A DNA stretch of 60,185 nucleotides, filler included, from Nemertoderma westbladi (GCA_032718475.1; 3 parts of 3 records of this genome joined end to end with filler, not necessarily neighbours in it), one strand, 5' to 3'. Positions 11,117 to 25,026 are shown, counted from the whole stretch's first letter. Numbers and translations are program-made. The notes: a model not told the origin generated them from the letters alone.

Positions 11117-13282
11117 CTAAAAATAAAGTGAAACAATTTAAATAATATCCGGTGATTTTTGAAAAATGTTTTTTTTTTAATTTCTGCGCCGGTTTTAACA
11201 CTGTGATATTAAAGAATATTGTTGAGTTATTGATGACAAACTTCTTTGAAAAAAACAATGCAAAATATGATATCAACCGGAATAATATTTATACCTATTA
11301 CACGATTAATTTAACTAGAAAGCCAGCAAGCTGGCTGGAAGGAGCCCGGGGGAAGAATCCTAGCCAAGACAGATTTTACAAATGAACTATGTCAGTCAGC
11401 TGTAGGCCTAGTAAGTAGGCCTAAACTAAACAATTGTCTAAACTGTAAGGCGTGAGGCTAGCTGACTTTGTCGATCGTCCCACATAATAAAAAATTAAAC
11501 TTTGCTACCACTAACAAAAATATAATATGAAGCAAATAATTTCATTATCAAGCACGTTTACAAGATATAAGATTACCGAATATTTATGAAAAAATGCCCA
11601 TGATGCACAACCGGGACACCGGGCGAGTGATGACCCTGAACCCACCCTACAACCACCCTATATTATAAATGCGACTCCATTTCCATACGAATATTACAAC
11701 ACCGGCTGCTAAGGGAATCAACCAATGCTGCATTATAGAACAAAACTAACAATAGAAAGGGGTAGCTATAGTTACTAAAACTAAAACACAAACAAAGCGC
11801 AAATATCCTAGCTGTTCCACATTAGTGTCAGTAGTTCTAGTAAGATAATAATAGTGATAACAGTTTGCCGCACCCAGACCCAGTCCAGCAGAATAACCTA
11901 TGGAGATAGATATTATGACAACACACCCGGTTTCTTTTAAATTTGTGTGATTTGAGTTTTATGTTCGCTTCGCACCACTATTGAGTTTTATAATATTTGT
12001 AAGAAATGTTAAACTTATCTTATGCCAATGTAGTAATGGTATTAAAATATAATTAAATTAATTTGCACTATTAATGCTTCAGCTAAAAAATGATGCTAAT
12101 CCTATGTAATAAAAAAATAAGAATATTATTTGTAAGAACTTTCTACATATATCCTATACAAAATAATCAGCCCAATGATTCGTGGAATAATAATATAATC
12201 CTACTGCAGTTGTATATTTTATTTTGTTTATTGACAACTCAACTATTTTCTGTCTATCCCTGAGAGCTGATAAAGGATGTGTAGACTCAGCCAGCAGCCA
12301 GCAGCAGGAGGGGTGTAGTCAAGAAATTCTGCATTGATGGAATTCTATCTCAAGCAGCCCGGCACTCAACCATAATTCACAGCTAGCTGCTGCAGCAGCT
12401 CAGGGAGGAGTTGTTCTTTACCATTGCTATTAATTTCGCGACAAAATAATTTCAAAAAAACGAAATATATCGAATACCACACATTGAATTGATCTGATAT
12501 TTTGTAACGCGATTACTTAAAAAAAAGCAATTAAAAGCAATTTACTTGTAAAATTTCAACAAAATCGCCAGGCAGGAAGTGCCTGAACCTAGATAATTAT
12601 CAGTCAGGCAGTCAGTCAGTGTTATATATCCTAAGATTTTACAGTAAGTATCCCGCCTGTCGAGCGGGCTCCTAACTATACATATTTATTATTTGTACTT
12701 CTAATTTTTACCAACGGGCAATTTGTAAAAATATCAATTCAGATAGATTGGCGTTCTTTAGTTCCCGCGGCTCGTTATAATTATAATATTTTGGTAATAT
12801 AGGCAAAGCAGTTGAAACAACTTATTATTCGGAGTCCATTCAAAATTTTGGAAGTAAAATGAGAGGACTGTAAATGAAAAAACAAAGTTGCTTTGTTCGA
12901 AAACTCAGCCAATGTATATCTATGTATCAATGGTATCAATGTATACCAATGTACTCTACTGTATATCAGTTTTCATTACAGAGAGACAATAAATGTTGAC
13001 CAGCCAGAACTTGCTATGGATATTGTGGAATTGCACTCTAATACAAATGTCGCCGTGTCTTAAACAAGAATAGACATTAATTATTTATTAGGAGATTAAT
13101 TCTCCATACCAACATCAACTACATTTTAATATTTGGTTCGGGAATAAAAGGATCTAATACAAACAAACAGTTTGATTACATTGTCACCTTCAAAATATAG
13201 TATTTATCAAAACGTACTGCATCTATGATGATAGATAGATATATAATTGAAATTATGTTCCACAAAGGAAATTCGAAAGACC

Positions 13283-13372
13283 TGCGGGATATAAAGAACC
13301 GCTTGATATAAAGACCCGCGGGATATAAAGAACCGCGGGATATAAAGACCCGGGGATATAAATTGACCGGGA
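13283..13372. repeat. short ~18-19-bp tandem repeat (CGGGATATAAAGAACCG-like)
   Basis: About five degenerate copies just downstream of the ZnF3 exon donor. Confidence 0.7.
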
Positions 13373-13416
13373 TCCATCGACCCTATAAACACCATATAGA
13401 TTCGGCCATGCCTCAC

Positions 13417-13550
13417 CTGCCCTTAATATAATCCATACATACGATAACAGTGTTATCTGATTGGTCAATATAAACTTGTTCAGGTGGGTGGCAGTATCTG
13501 CACTCGCCTTCCCCCCTTACACAGTTACCTCTCTGGAAATCTCGACAAAC
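13417..13550 (-). CDS. mbnl: muscleblind-like exon, CCCH ZnF3 and start of ZnF4
   Basis: gttacag|GTT...GGC AG|gtgagg. Encodes [44 protein letters not shown]. Confidence 0.95.
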
Positions 13551-13739
13551 CTGTAACAAAATATGAAATGATAAATAATTCGAAAACTTAAATATCAAGA
13601 TAATAATAGCTATAAACACAAGTTTTGATCACCAACATATTTACTACAAAATTAAATGAATAATTATATTAAATCCTCAAAACAAGTTATTTGCCATTTG
13701 AATTACTAGCTACTACTACTAGTGAGCGAGCGTCGGACA

Positions 13740-14290
13740 GTCCAGTTATTGGTCTATATGTCATAGCCAGTCGTCCACAGCTATGCTTTCCTTACTGTGT
13801 TGGTTGCCAGAGAAGTAGATCTGGTATGACCTCGTCTTTACTTCGCCAGCAGTGCCCACTGAATCTTAATCTGCGTTCACGGAAGGTGGTTGATACAGGT
13901 GGTATTGTACCATAAAGCTCGGCGTTTGTCATGTGTTGTCTCCAGCTGATGTTTAGGGCTGCCCTTAGTAGTCTTGTGTAGCAACCATCAATTCGTTGAT
14001 CAAGTAATTTCGTCAGTGTCCAGGTCTCACCCCCAATAAAAGTACACTTTCCACCATCTGGTGTGAGTACCTGAGCCTCTGTGTCACAATATAATAATCC
14101 AATGCCAGCAACAATTACTTCTGGTATTCCATAAGCTCTTAGGATTTCAAGCATTTTACCTCTACGGACTCAGTCGAATGCTTTCTTGAAGTCCACAAAA
14201 GTCAAACAGCTACTAACAGCTGGGATGTTCTTTGAATTAATTCCCTTCAACCAGCCTCCGTATCACTACTATATGAGCAATTGTTGACAT
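13740..14290 (-). mobile_element. RTE-clade LINE remnant with internal deletion
   Basis: FVDFKKAF-type motif, then MLEILRAYGIP...VLTPDG joined directly to ETWTLTK...YTRLLRAALNISWRQH. The RT catalytic core is missing. Confidence 0.8.
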
Positions 14291-14458
14291 ATTTGGTAGT
14301 TTCTATATGTGAGGTCTAATTATATATACATTACATTATATACATATTTATTTATTTTGTTGTATATTTTGACATCCACTACGATATTATTGCGCTTATT
14401 TACCCTGAACGGGGGTGTATCTTTCAATATTATTGACAGTTTGCTTAGATTCACTCAC

Positions 14459-14629
14459 CTGCAGTCTATCGGTTTTATTAAATTTTTGCACTAAAGAAGC
14501 GTCTGCTATGAGTCCAGGTTGAGTGGGGGATTGAGGAATGCCGAGCAGTGATTGGCCAGTTTGGGCGGGAAGGTAGGTCCCAGCTTGTACACCCGTCGGC
14601 ATTATAGCATATGGAAGACCGGGTGGCGG
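14459..14629 (-). CDS. mbnl: muscleblind-like linker exon
   Basis: cttttag|CCG...CTG CAG|gtgagt, 171 nt. Ends QKFNKTDRLQ, matching the MBNL QKLMRTDRLE that precedes ZnF3. Confidence 0.9.
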
Positions 14630-15089
14630 CTAAAAGAGGGAAATATATATAAATTATTAAGGAAGTTATGGAGGCCGAAGTTTTACAAAGTCGACATGGA
14701 GACAGGCTCTCCGGCCATTCCGATAACAGTGTACGCAAAAGTTCGGCCTAGAAATACCACCTGAGTCGTTGTATGTCTGGAGGTTGTATCCTTAAGGCAT
14801 TCCATCTGTCAATATCGATCATCTGCAACCACTGTGCTCGCCGTCTTGTCCGTCTTATCCACTTAGTATAGTTAGAATGAAAGGTTAGTATTAACAATGG
14901 GCCGCAATGTCCACTACATTTAATTCATTCACTTTTTCCCCTACCAATTTTGACATTACCTTTCCCACAGAGATTTATAGTAGAAGAGGTGAGAGAAAGA
15001 AAGGTTCTTCGTGTAATTTTAATAATTTAATAAATACATATTGAATGAATTAATTTAAACCGGGATGAATGTAAATAAAGACAACGTAC

Positions 15090-15206
15090 CCAATAGGCTG
15101 TAGTGTAGGCTGGGTTAACGAAACCATTGCTGTGAGTCTGTATGTAGGTCTGTGCAGATTGTTCATTGACCTTTCCCGCAGTTGGGTATCCTGGTTGCTG
15201 CGGTAA
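15090..15206 (-). CDS. mbnl: muscleblind-like linker exon (not in ORF track)
   Basis: gtgtttag|TTA CCG...TAT TGG|gtacgt, 117 nt, phase 0-0. Encodes LPQQPGYPTAGKVNEQSAQTYIQTHSNGFVNPAYTTAYW. Confidence 0.75.
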
Positions 15207-15838
15207 CTAAACACAAAATTTAACATCTATGAATCCAAATACATCGGATACCATCAAGAATAATTTGTAAATTAGGGGTCTCTCTTCAAAAGATTTTCCC
15301 TGAGGTCTGAAATGCGGCTTTGCATTGCATTTAACCTCTGACAGCGCAGAAATTAAATGCTTCGCGATTTTCTAAAAAATTACAATCGTCTCATTCTCTT
15401 TCAAATTATTAAAACGTATGTTCCAAAATATTTTCTGACGATAAGAAATCATTGCAAATATTTTTAAACTAACAAATAGCGTACTATAAAATTAAAATAG
15501 TGTTCGCGAACAGAATATTTTCTGTGACAAGATAATTACAAAAGATACCACTATGGCCCTGGCCCAGGTACATGGGACACCCATTTTTCGATTAGCTTGT
15601 TTGAACTGTTCTGAATTGTATCGATCTCTAGAACATATTTGTAATTTATTGAAAAAATTAATACTTTTTGTTTCTAGAACACTGTTTACCATTTCACTCG
15701 TGTCATAGAACATTGTTTTAATTTATTTATACGGAAAAATATCCGAGAATATTAAAGTCGTATCTTTTGTGACTTGTATTTATAAAATTTTATGTTTTAA
15801 AGCAGAAATTTGAATATCTAGCTTGGTCTATGACTTAC

Positions 15839-16021
15839 AAACGGAATCCCTTGTTGAGTTCCAGATATCAATGGAGTGAGTCCTGCCGCTTGTGCAGAGG
15901 ATATTTGCTGCATGATGTGCTGCTTTTGCTGCTGAATGGCGGCACGTCCGTTTATGTCTAGTTGGGTCTTCAGATGCGGTGGGGGGTGAAGATATTTGCA
16001 GTTATCTCGGGTGCATTTACC
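15839..16021 (-). CDS. mbnl: muscleblind-like exon, second half of CCCH ZnF2
   Basis: ttgcag|GGT...TTT|gtaagt. Encodes [26 protein letters not shown], close to [30 protein letters not shown]. Confidence 0.95.
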
Positions 16022-16482
16022 CTGCAATAAAAATAAAATGAAAACAAATATAAAGGATTGTTTAACGGCATATCAAAATGGAGTCATCGATTGTCCGATC
16101 TGTAACCAAGTGGGTCGGGTAAAGTAAACTTCATTGAGTAACTTTAATGGTATTGGGAATGTCTTGGTCATTATTAACTACTTTGTGATACATGATATAC
16201 TCTACAACAAATTTTTGATGTGGCGGCTTAGTGTTAGCCAGCCGCACAGCAAAGTAGCACCAACAACTAGATATTGTTGCTTTAGCGGATCTCAAAGATA
16301 GTCCGACTGAAGGCTGACTGTTGGATACAGTCAGCACTTATATATTTGGTGTGCGTATATTCCGCACAAATTTAATGGTTAATTAAGTTACTCAAAATAA
16401 TTTAATTATTATTAATCCTGTTGATTGAACCGTGTACAAATGTGCTGAGGTTTTTACTCTTCAAGATGTTCTTCCATGCTAT

Positions 16483-18445
16483 AAAGGGAGCTAAGTTCGT
16501 AACAAAGGGAGCTAAGATCGTACCAAAGGGAGCTAATATCGTACCAAAGGGAGCTTATATCGTACTAAAGGGAGCTAAGATCGTACCAAAGGGTGCTAAG
16601 ATCGTACCAAAGGGTGCTAATATCGTACCAAAGGGAGCTTATATCGTACTAAAGGGAGCTAAGATCGTACCAAAGGGTGCTAAGATCGTACCAAAGGGTG
16701 CTAAGATCGTACCAAAGGGAGCTGAGATAGAGCCAAAGGGAACTGAGATCGTACCAAGGGGAGCTAAGATCGTACCAAGGGGAGCTAAGATCGTACCAAA
16801 GGGAACTGAGATCGTACCAAAGGGAGCTAAGATCGTACCAAAGGGAACTGAGATCGTATCAAAGGGAACTGAGATCGTACCAAAGGGAACTGAGATCGTA
16901 CCAAAGGGAACTGAGATCGTACCAAAGGGAACTGAGATCGTACCAAAGGGAACTGAGATCGTACCAAAGGGAACTGAGATCGTACCAAAGGGAGCTAAGA
17001 TCGTACCAAATGGAGCTGATATCGTACCAAAGGGAACTGAGATCGTACCAAAGGGAGCTAAGATCCTACCAAAGGGAGCTTATATCGTACTAAAGGGAGC
17101 TAAGATCGTACCAAAGGGTGCTAAGATCGTACCAAAGGGTGCTAAGATCGTACCAAAGGGAGCTGAGATAGAGCCAAAGGGAACTGAGATCGTACCAAGG
17201 GGAGCTAAGATCGTACCAAGGGGAGCTAAGATCGTACCAAAGGGAACTGAGATCGTACCAAAGGGAGCTAAGATCGTACCAAAGGGAACTGAGATCGTAT
17301 CAAAGGGAACTGAGATCGTACCAAAGGGAACTGAGATCGTACCAAAGGGAACTGAGATCGTACCAAAGGGAACTGAGATCGTACCAAAGGGAACTGAGAT
17401 CGTACCAAAGGGAGCTAAGATCGTACCAAAGGGAACTGAGATCGTACCAAAGGGAGCTAAGATCGTACCAAAGGGAACTGAGATCGTACCAAAGGGAACT
17501 GAGATCGTACCAAAGGGAACTGAGATCGTACCAAAGGGAACTGAGATCGTACCAAAGGGAACTGAGATCGTACCAAAGGGAGCTAAGATCGTACCAAAGG
17601 AGCTGAGATCGTACCAAAGGGAACTGAGATCGTACCAAAGGGAACTGAGATCGTACCAAAGGGAGCTAAGATCGTACCAAATGGAGCTGATATCGTACCA
17701 AAGGGAACTGAGATCGTACCAAAGGGAGCTAAGATCGTACCAAAGGAGCTGAGATCGTACCAAAGGGAGCTGAGATAGAGCCAAAGGGAACTGAGATCGT
17801 ACCAAAGGGAACTGAGATCGTACCAAAGGGAGCTAAGATCGTACCAAAGGGAGCTAAGATCGTACCAAAGGGAACTGAGATCGTACCAAAGGGAACTGAG
17901 ATCGTACCAAAGGGAACTGAGATCGTACCAAAGGGAGCTAAGATCGTACCAAATGGAGCTGAGATCGTACCAAAGGGAACTGAGATCGTACCAAAGGGAA
18001 CTGAGATCGTACCAAAGGGAACTGAGATCGTACCAAAGGAGCTGAGATCGTACCAAAGGAGCTGAGATCGTACCAAAGGGAACTGAGATCGTACCAAAGG
18101 AGCTGAGATCGTACCAAAGGGAACTGAGATCGTACCAAAGGGAACTGAGATCGTACCAAAGGGAGCTAAGATCGTACCAAAGGAGCTGAGATCGTACCAA
18201 AGGGAGCTAAGATCGTACCAAAGGGAACTGAGATCATACCAAAGGGAACTGAGATCGTATCAAAGGGAACTGAGATCGTACCAAAGGGAGCTAAGATCGT
18301 ACCAAAGGGAGCTAAGATCGTACCAAAGGGAACTGAGATCGTACCAAAGGGAGCTGAGATCGTACCAAAGGGAGCTAAGATCGTACCAAAGGGAACTAAG
18401 ATCGTACCAAAGGGAGCTAAGATCGTACCAAAGGGAGCTCAGATC
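16483..18445. repeat. 21-bp minisatellite (~93 copies)
   Basis: Unit GGGAACTGAGATCGTACCAAA or GGGAGCTAAGATCGTACCAAA, with some 20-bp variants in the right half. Confidence 0.97.
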
Positions 18446-18449
18446 CGGA

Positions 18450-18680
18450 CTGAGGCTAATACCGGGAGCTTCAACTTGGACGATATCGTCAAATCTTGTG
18501 GAGACCAAGTGTCCTCTTCAAGTACAACGTCTTCACTCGATCTATTGAGTGGAGGTTTGAAACTGACAAACGAGTCCAAATTTCGTCCAAGTTGTAAGTT
18601 AAAATCGGCAATATCTTGATATAAAAGATTTTCATGGCAGTAGTAGCCAGTGAGAGTCTCCGAGGGTTTTTAATGCTGTG
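18450..18680 (-). mobile_element. non-LTR retrotransposon fragment (post-RT region)
   Basis: AMKIFYIKILPILTY...DRVKTLYLKRTLGL resembles the thumb region of LINE ORF2. Confidence 0.6.
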
Positions 18681-20069
18681 CAATGTGATGTGCAGGGTGA
18701 TGCTGCGAACTACAGACCAGTTGCAATAACATCTCCTTTTGCCAAAGTTGTTGAAAAAATTATGTGTTCTCAAATACTTGAATATGTCAAAGATAATAAG
18801 CTTTTATACCCAAAACAATTTGGTTTCCGAAAAGGATTTTCTACTGTTGATGCTGTTACTTACTTAACTGAGAATTGGCGTCAACATTTGAATGACAACA
18901 AATTTGTCGCAGCCGCATTTTTAGACCTAAGCAAAGCTTTCAACTCTATAAATCATGACATTTTGAATCACAGACTCAAACATTTAGGCTTCCACTCGAC
19001 TGCATTGAACCTCATACAAAATTACCTATTGAAAAGGAAGCAACGTGTTAAAGTAGAAAATACTTTTTCTGATTATTGGCTAACTGAAACAAGGGGCGTT
19101 CCCCAAGGTACCATTTTAGGGCCTCTATTATTTATGCTATATACCAATAACATTCCAGAACTACTGACAAATGTTTCAATTATACAGTATGCTGATGATA
19201 CAGTTATTTATGTGGCTGACTCAGATCCAGAACAAGCTACAAAATTGTTAGAGTCGAATGTTCAGAAAATTCAAAAAATATTTAATGATTCTCATTTGAA
19301 ACTGAACCCGGACAAAACGGAATTTCTCCTTTTATCTCCGAAGCAAATCAGCCCAGAAAATAGAGCTGACTTCTCATCCATAAAATTAAATGTAGGCTGC
19401 CCTGAACCTATTCCACAATCTCCATCAGTAAAATATCTGGGAGTGAACATTGATAACGAGCTAAATTGGAAAGATTACATAGGGAAAATGATCCAAAAAA
19501 TGACTCTTACCATTTCTTGTTTACGAATAATAAAGGGTCAATTGCCCAATAAAACTAAATTGCAATTATATAAAACGCTTACTATGCCCTATCATAATTA
19601 TTGTTGTCAGCTGCTTGTGTCTCTCCATGACAAACATGGTTCAAAGGAACTGCTTTATAAATTTGAAAAGGTACAAAATTACGCATTACGCACTATTTTC
19701 GGGAAGAAAATTACCGACAGCAGTGGAACGGAGTTGAGGCAGAAAGGCGAAATTCCGTTACTCTCTGCAGTTCGAGAATATTATGCGCTTATATACTTTT
19801 ACAAATATATGCATAAGCTTACAGAAGCTTTTAAAACTTTGGATCTGCCGTTTTTAGCAAAAAACAATATTAGGTTAAATCCACGAACTGGGAATATCGT
19901 TATTCCAAAATCTAAAAATAGGTTTGGTCACGATAGTATAATTGTGAAATCGGTAAAATTATGGAATTCGCTCCATATCGATGTAATCAAGTCACCAAAC
20001 CTTGCAACTTTTAAACGACATTTGAAAAATATATTTCTAACTAAATACAGTCGAGAAGAAGTAACTTAG
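18678..20069 (+). mobile_element. 5'-truncated CR1/L2-group LINE with an open RT domain (463 aa)
   Basis: Motifs NYRPVAITS, QFGFRKG, FLDLSKAF, GVPQGTILGPLLF, QYADDT, KYLGV and LWNSL are present. No endonuclease domain. Confidence 0.92.
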
Positions 20070-20541
20070 CTGGAGGCTCTTTATTGTCTGCCAGATAGGG
20101 AGGTGGGGGGGGGGGGGGGGGTGGGGGTAACTGCTCCATAACGAAACCAAGGTTTCTGCATGGTTCAGCGGGGGTGGGGGGGGGGGGGGGGGGTAGTAAT
20201 ATTTGCGCTCAACTAATTTTTTATGTTTTTATTTATTATATCTACTGTACTTACACATGTCTTATTTCCGGTATTACATACATAGGAGTAAAACACGTTC
20301 GTGGGGGCCTTCGCGCAGCACGAGGCCCAGTTATGAGATACAAATTAAAATTGAGCGACTGTATCACAAAATCAGGTTTTGAGAAATTTACCCACACCAC
20401 CAATCAATCAAAGAAAGGGGGACAGTACGTGTTCACCCCTTTTAATCCCCCCCCCCCCCCCCACCCTTCCTCCAACCACCAATACATAACCGCGACATCT
20501 ACCACCCACGGAAGGGTAGCACGAACTTATTTCCAATCGCA

Positions 20542-20823
20542 CGTTCAATATGCGAAGCCAGGCGGTTTATAGGAATATAATAAACGCAGTACTCGTCTTC
20601 ATTATAAGCCTCGTTGCGTTCGTCCTGTTTTGTATTTAAATATATTTCTTAAACGCAGGCTAGGACGTTCTTTATAATAATAATAACTGGGGATGCGTTC
20701 AATATGTGAAGCCAGGTGGTTTATATAATAATATTAGTCAACGCAGTACTCGTCTTCATTATATGCCTCGTTGCGCTCGTCGCTCGTCCTGTTTTGTATT
20801 TAAAATATCTTTCCTAAACGCAG
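20542..20823. repeat. ~150-bp imperfect tandem duplication
   Basis: CGTTCAATATG.GAAGCCAGG...ACGCAGTACTCGTCTTCATTAT...GTCCTGTTTTGTATTTAAA occurs twice. Confidence 0.8.
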
Positions 20824-21959
20824 ACTGACGATCTTTATACAGTTATAACTATGCGAAGTTTCGAAACTGTGCGAGTAACTTTTGATACATCTATGTGGAT
20901 ATGTGTGATATGTGGAGATGTGTGATACAACGCCAACGCATCTTATGCCGATGTAGTAATATGGGTATTGAAATAATATTAAATTAATGTACACTCTTAA
21001 AGCTGCAGCGAAAAAATGTAGCTAATTTCCTAGGTTACATATAAAATAATAATATTATTTTTAAGAACATTAATTTTACTACTTTGCAAAAATTCAATTA
21101 AAAAATAACCAGACATATACATTGTGGAATAAACTATTTCAGAAGCCTACACAACAGCCATGCCATGGATAGTATTTATGTTATGATATCTGTCATTCAC
21201 CTGAGATAGCAATACAACATTTATAGTGAATTTAAAGAATGCTGTCTGGGCTGGAATAGCAATACTGGTTGTCTATTACTATTCCTCTCTGGTTAGTCTT
21301 AGCAACAACTCCCAGCCAGCAGCAGAGACTTGACCAATAATCATTCCCAGCAACTGGGAATGACACACACATCCCATCTATGTACCAGCATGTTGGCCAA
21401 TAAATGAGCAGTATTTAATGAGAATAAATTTTTTTTGCCGTTTTAATTACTTTAGATCAATTAAAGACACAATTATTAAAGCAAATCACTTGAACTAATT
21501 AAAAACTATAATAGAATGGCGTATGGGGATTACATCTGTATAATTTTTAATTATAATTATTTAAATCTTATACTGTAAAACAATTAATTTCCTTTAAAAG
21601 GCAGGTTGAAAATGGTGTTTTTACCGTAATAACTTAATTAACTAATTAACTGCTATTATCTTAGCTTCTCGAAGGCCACACTGAAATTCTACTTGGAAAA
21701 TTTCTAAACTTTTGCCAAACAACATGTGTACCAAGTTTGGATAGATTTCATCAAAGATTGGCCGAGTTATTAACGTTTAAAATTGAACACGACAGAACGA
21801 CAGAACGACAGGTTGATTAATGGTACCACTACGCTAAGGCTCACTCACTTCGTGGCTCGCCCCACATAGTTGTTCCTGTACACTGACGCTATTGTTCCAA
21901 ATAATCATTTAGTGTGTATACATTGAATGCCCAGTGCAATTTTTTGTCATAAATTCTCT

Positions 21960-22680
21960 GGTTTTAAGGATCAATAAAGAAATTATTATTATTATTATTA
22001 TTATTATGTGATAATGGATTTGCAGGTAATATCCGTAATGTGTTTGGCGAATTTCAAGGTTGTTTGAAATGTAATACCCAAATGAGATAACACTAGGGAT
22101 TGGCTGGCCATTGAATATGAAAATATCGGAGTTGCAAATCCTCAGCCCCGCCGAAACTTTATTATCGCTGTCTTTTTGGGGGTTCACCTTTATAAAGTCC
22201 TCAGATGCCCATTCCGATGCGCACTCAGAGCGTTTGGGGCTGCCTGGAGAGCTTCCTTATTGTCTGCATAAATGAGAAGGTCTTCGGCGAATAATAATAT
22301 AATTACGGCGGTTGCCGCCTGTTTAATTTTAGCAACTATGTCAGCGACGTAAACAATAGACAGCAACGGACTGAGCGAGTCTCCATATAAAAAACCCCGA
22401 AGCCGTGAGATTTTATTTGTCTGTCTCAACCCATCGAATATTTGTATATAGTCCACTGATAACGGAACCTTGATGAAAGACAACAAACGACCTCTTATTC
22501 CAAATAGAGTTCGTAGTTTGAGTCCTTTTCCTCGAAACTGAGTCGAATGCCTTTGTAAACTCGACAAACCATGTAAATAAAGGCTTCTATGGTTGGTTTA
22601 AGTTCTTGTTAGCATCGGTTAAGAGTTTATTAATTGGTTGCTTCGTAAACCTACCCGGCAGGAATCCTTACTGGAATCCA
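21960..22680 (-). mobile_element. degenerate LINE RT fragment
   Basis: GDSLSPLLSIVYVADI and LLFAEDLLIY (a decayed YADD motif), with frameshifts. Confidence 0.75.
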
Positions 22681-23627
22681 TAACAATAAATATAATGATG
22701 TGATATAGTGACGATTTCATGGAATTCACTTTTCATGTACCGATACACCAATAGTAGATACACCAACACTTGGTGGGGATAGACATAAAAATATCTACAG
22801 TGAAAGTCGAGCTGTAATAATTATGCATTGGGTTCTTCTAAGCTCACGGATTTCATAAAACTTTGATTTATGTGTAACATGGGATGGCAAGAGATCAGTG
22901 AAGGAAGACATCACTCCCAGCACACCTGTAACTAAAAAGTAAGTACCTCCCGCATGAATGCATCTAAATGACAACAACATAGTCGTGAATATTAAAGAAT
23001 TCATGAGACATGGGGGGGGGGGGGGGGGGGGTAGGTGAGAAGAATGGTTAATTAAGGACCATCTTTCCTAATTGTGATACCTTATTTTATTGCGTTGGTG
23101 GGGTCCATGCATACATTCCATACACATAATAAATAGGTATCCTGAGTCAGTATCCTGCGGGACAATCACGGTAAGGTACGACTGGAGTCCTACAATGTAA
23201 TCTTTATTGCGGAATCACAGTAATGATTAACCCAGGGCTTATCGTTCAATTAAAATAGGTCGTGTAGCTGGGATACCTGGATGTAACGAAGTTGGCAAAA
23301 CATGGATGTTTCGATGTTTGCTAGGCCAAGGAAATAATTGCGTAGTTTAAATGTACTATAGGCCTACAGTAGCTTAATGGATAATCGAAATCTAATGTAT
23401 TTCTTAATTACGTCCTAAGGTTAAAAATGGTTTACGTAAAGCTTGTATCCATGTTAAAAAGCATTTCAAATATTTCCGTTAGACCACGTATCACTTCGGC
23501 ACAGTAGTAGTGCCAACATCCGCAATCCAGACGTGGTCGGCTGGGGTGCTGTCACTTGCCCAATGAGTCACTCGCCCAATAAAAATCAGACGAGTCATTT
23601 GCCCATTAAAAATTTATCTAAAACTAA

Positions 23628-23826
23628 AAATGGTTGGGTGCAATCTTCACCCGAGGGAAATCTTCGCCCGCGTCCAATTGAGGGAAAGGAGCAGGTTACA
23701 GAGACGGTTTTTTCTACCCAAAACAATAATGATGTTATTAAAACGCATTTTGAGGGCGAAGATTGCTCCGGGCGAAGATTGGACGTGGGCGAAGCTTTCT
23801 CACGGGCGAAGTTTGCTGCGTACCCT
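23628..23826. mobile_element. MITE-like repeat, same family as 51345-51634
   Basis: Inverted CTTCGCCC/GGGCGAAG arms around the core GGGAAAGGAGCAGGTTACAGAGACG...CCAAAACAATAA. Confidence 0.7.
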
Positions 23827-24739
23827 AAAAATTTGTCACTTTACCAATAAGTTGCTCAAATGAATTCTAAAAAACTAATAAAATAATAACAAGCTTGCCA
23901 GCGAGAGTGCCATAATGAACAGATGCAATGCTATCAATATTGTTGTAATAAATTACGCGCCTATGCAGGGCAGCTTAATAACGAAAAACGAAACATTGGG
24001 CAAAGTACCGCCTGTACAATATACACAACACAAACACAAAAATAGTATATTGCATGTTAAAAAGACACTGTTTTTATTGGGTCGTTAGCAGCAACTGATC
24101 TTATAGTTACCACGGTTACTAATACTGGTAACATATTGGGTCTACAGACAAATGGATTGTTTTACACTAATTATCCAGGTATTAATTTAATAATATTTAC
24201 AGTATGAACGTAAACCAAACTACTGAAGGTTAGTAAATAAGCAGGTTACAGAGGCGGGCTGAAAGGAACCAATACAATAAACGTGAGTTAGGAATATTGT
24301 AGAAAACCCACTTTAATTATAAACAGCTAGATAATCAACAGTCAAGTCAGATGTATAGTATAGGCCTACCGGCTTATGGTACTTGTTTGTGAAGACTTGT
24401 ATGTGTTTGTGTATACGTTTTTGCCCACCCAAACCCATCACCAACACCAAAGTATCTACACAAAATACTGTTCACATATAACTTATACCATTGTCCTGAA
24501 AGTCACGATGTCCACGGTGTGCTGTTAATAATAAAAATAAATAAAACAGGGTGATTAACAGCACACCCATCTCTGATCGGCCCTTTATTAACCATATCAT
24601 AACAGTACAAAACTATATTTTACTGGTCTGGTCTGGTCAGGTGAGGGGAGTAAGGTAACGATTTTAAACATTTCTTCATGATTTTCGCAATCTTCGCAAA
24701 CGTCGCGATTATTGCGAAGATTGCGAAAATCGCGAAATT

Positions 24740-25026
24740 TCTCAAACGTCGCGATCTTCGTGACATATTTTGTGTTTACCAATACTATATAGGTGGAGCT
24801 TCGCAAGCGTCGCGATATTTTGTGTTTACCAATACTATAGATGGAGCTTCGCAAATGTCGCGATCTTCGTGACATATTTTGTGTTTACCAATACTAAAGG
24901 TGGAGCTTTGCAAACGTCGCGATCTTCGCGACATATTTTGTGTTTACCAATACTATAGGTGTAGCTTCGCAAACGTCGCGATCTTCACGAGATTTTGTGT
25001 TTACCAATACTATAGGTGGAGCTTCG
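24740..25026. repeat. ~50-60-bp tandem repeat (~5 copies) next to the gap
   Basis: Unit TTTTGTGTTTACCAATACTATAGGTGGAGCTTCGCAAACGTCGCGATCTTCG. Confidence 0.85.

Noticed and set aside
16421-18508. 443-aa IVPKGTE repeat protein and antisense ORFs
   Set aside because: Translation of the 21-bp minisatellite; the frame is broken by 20-bp units and there is no codon-position pattern of variation.
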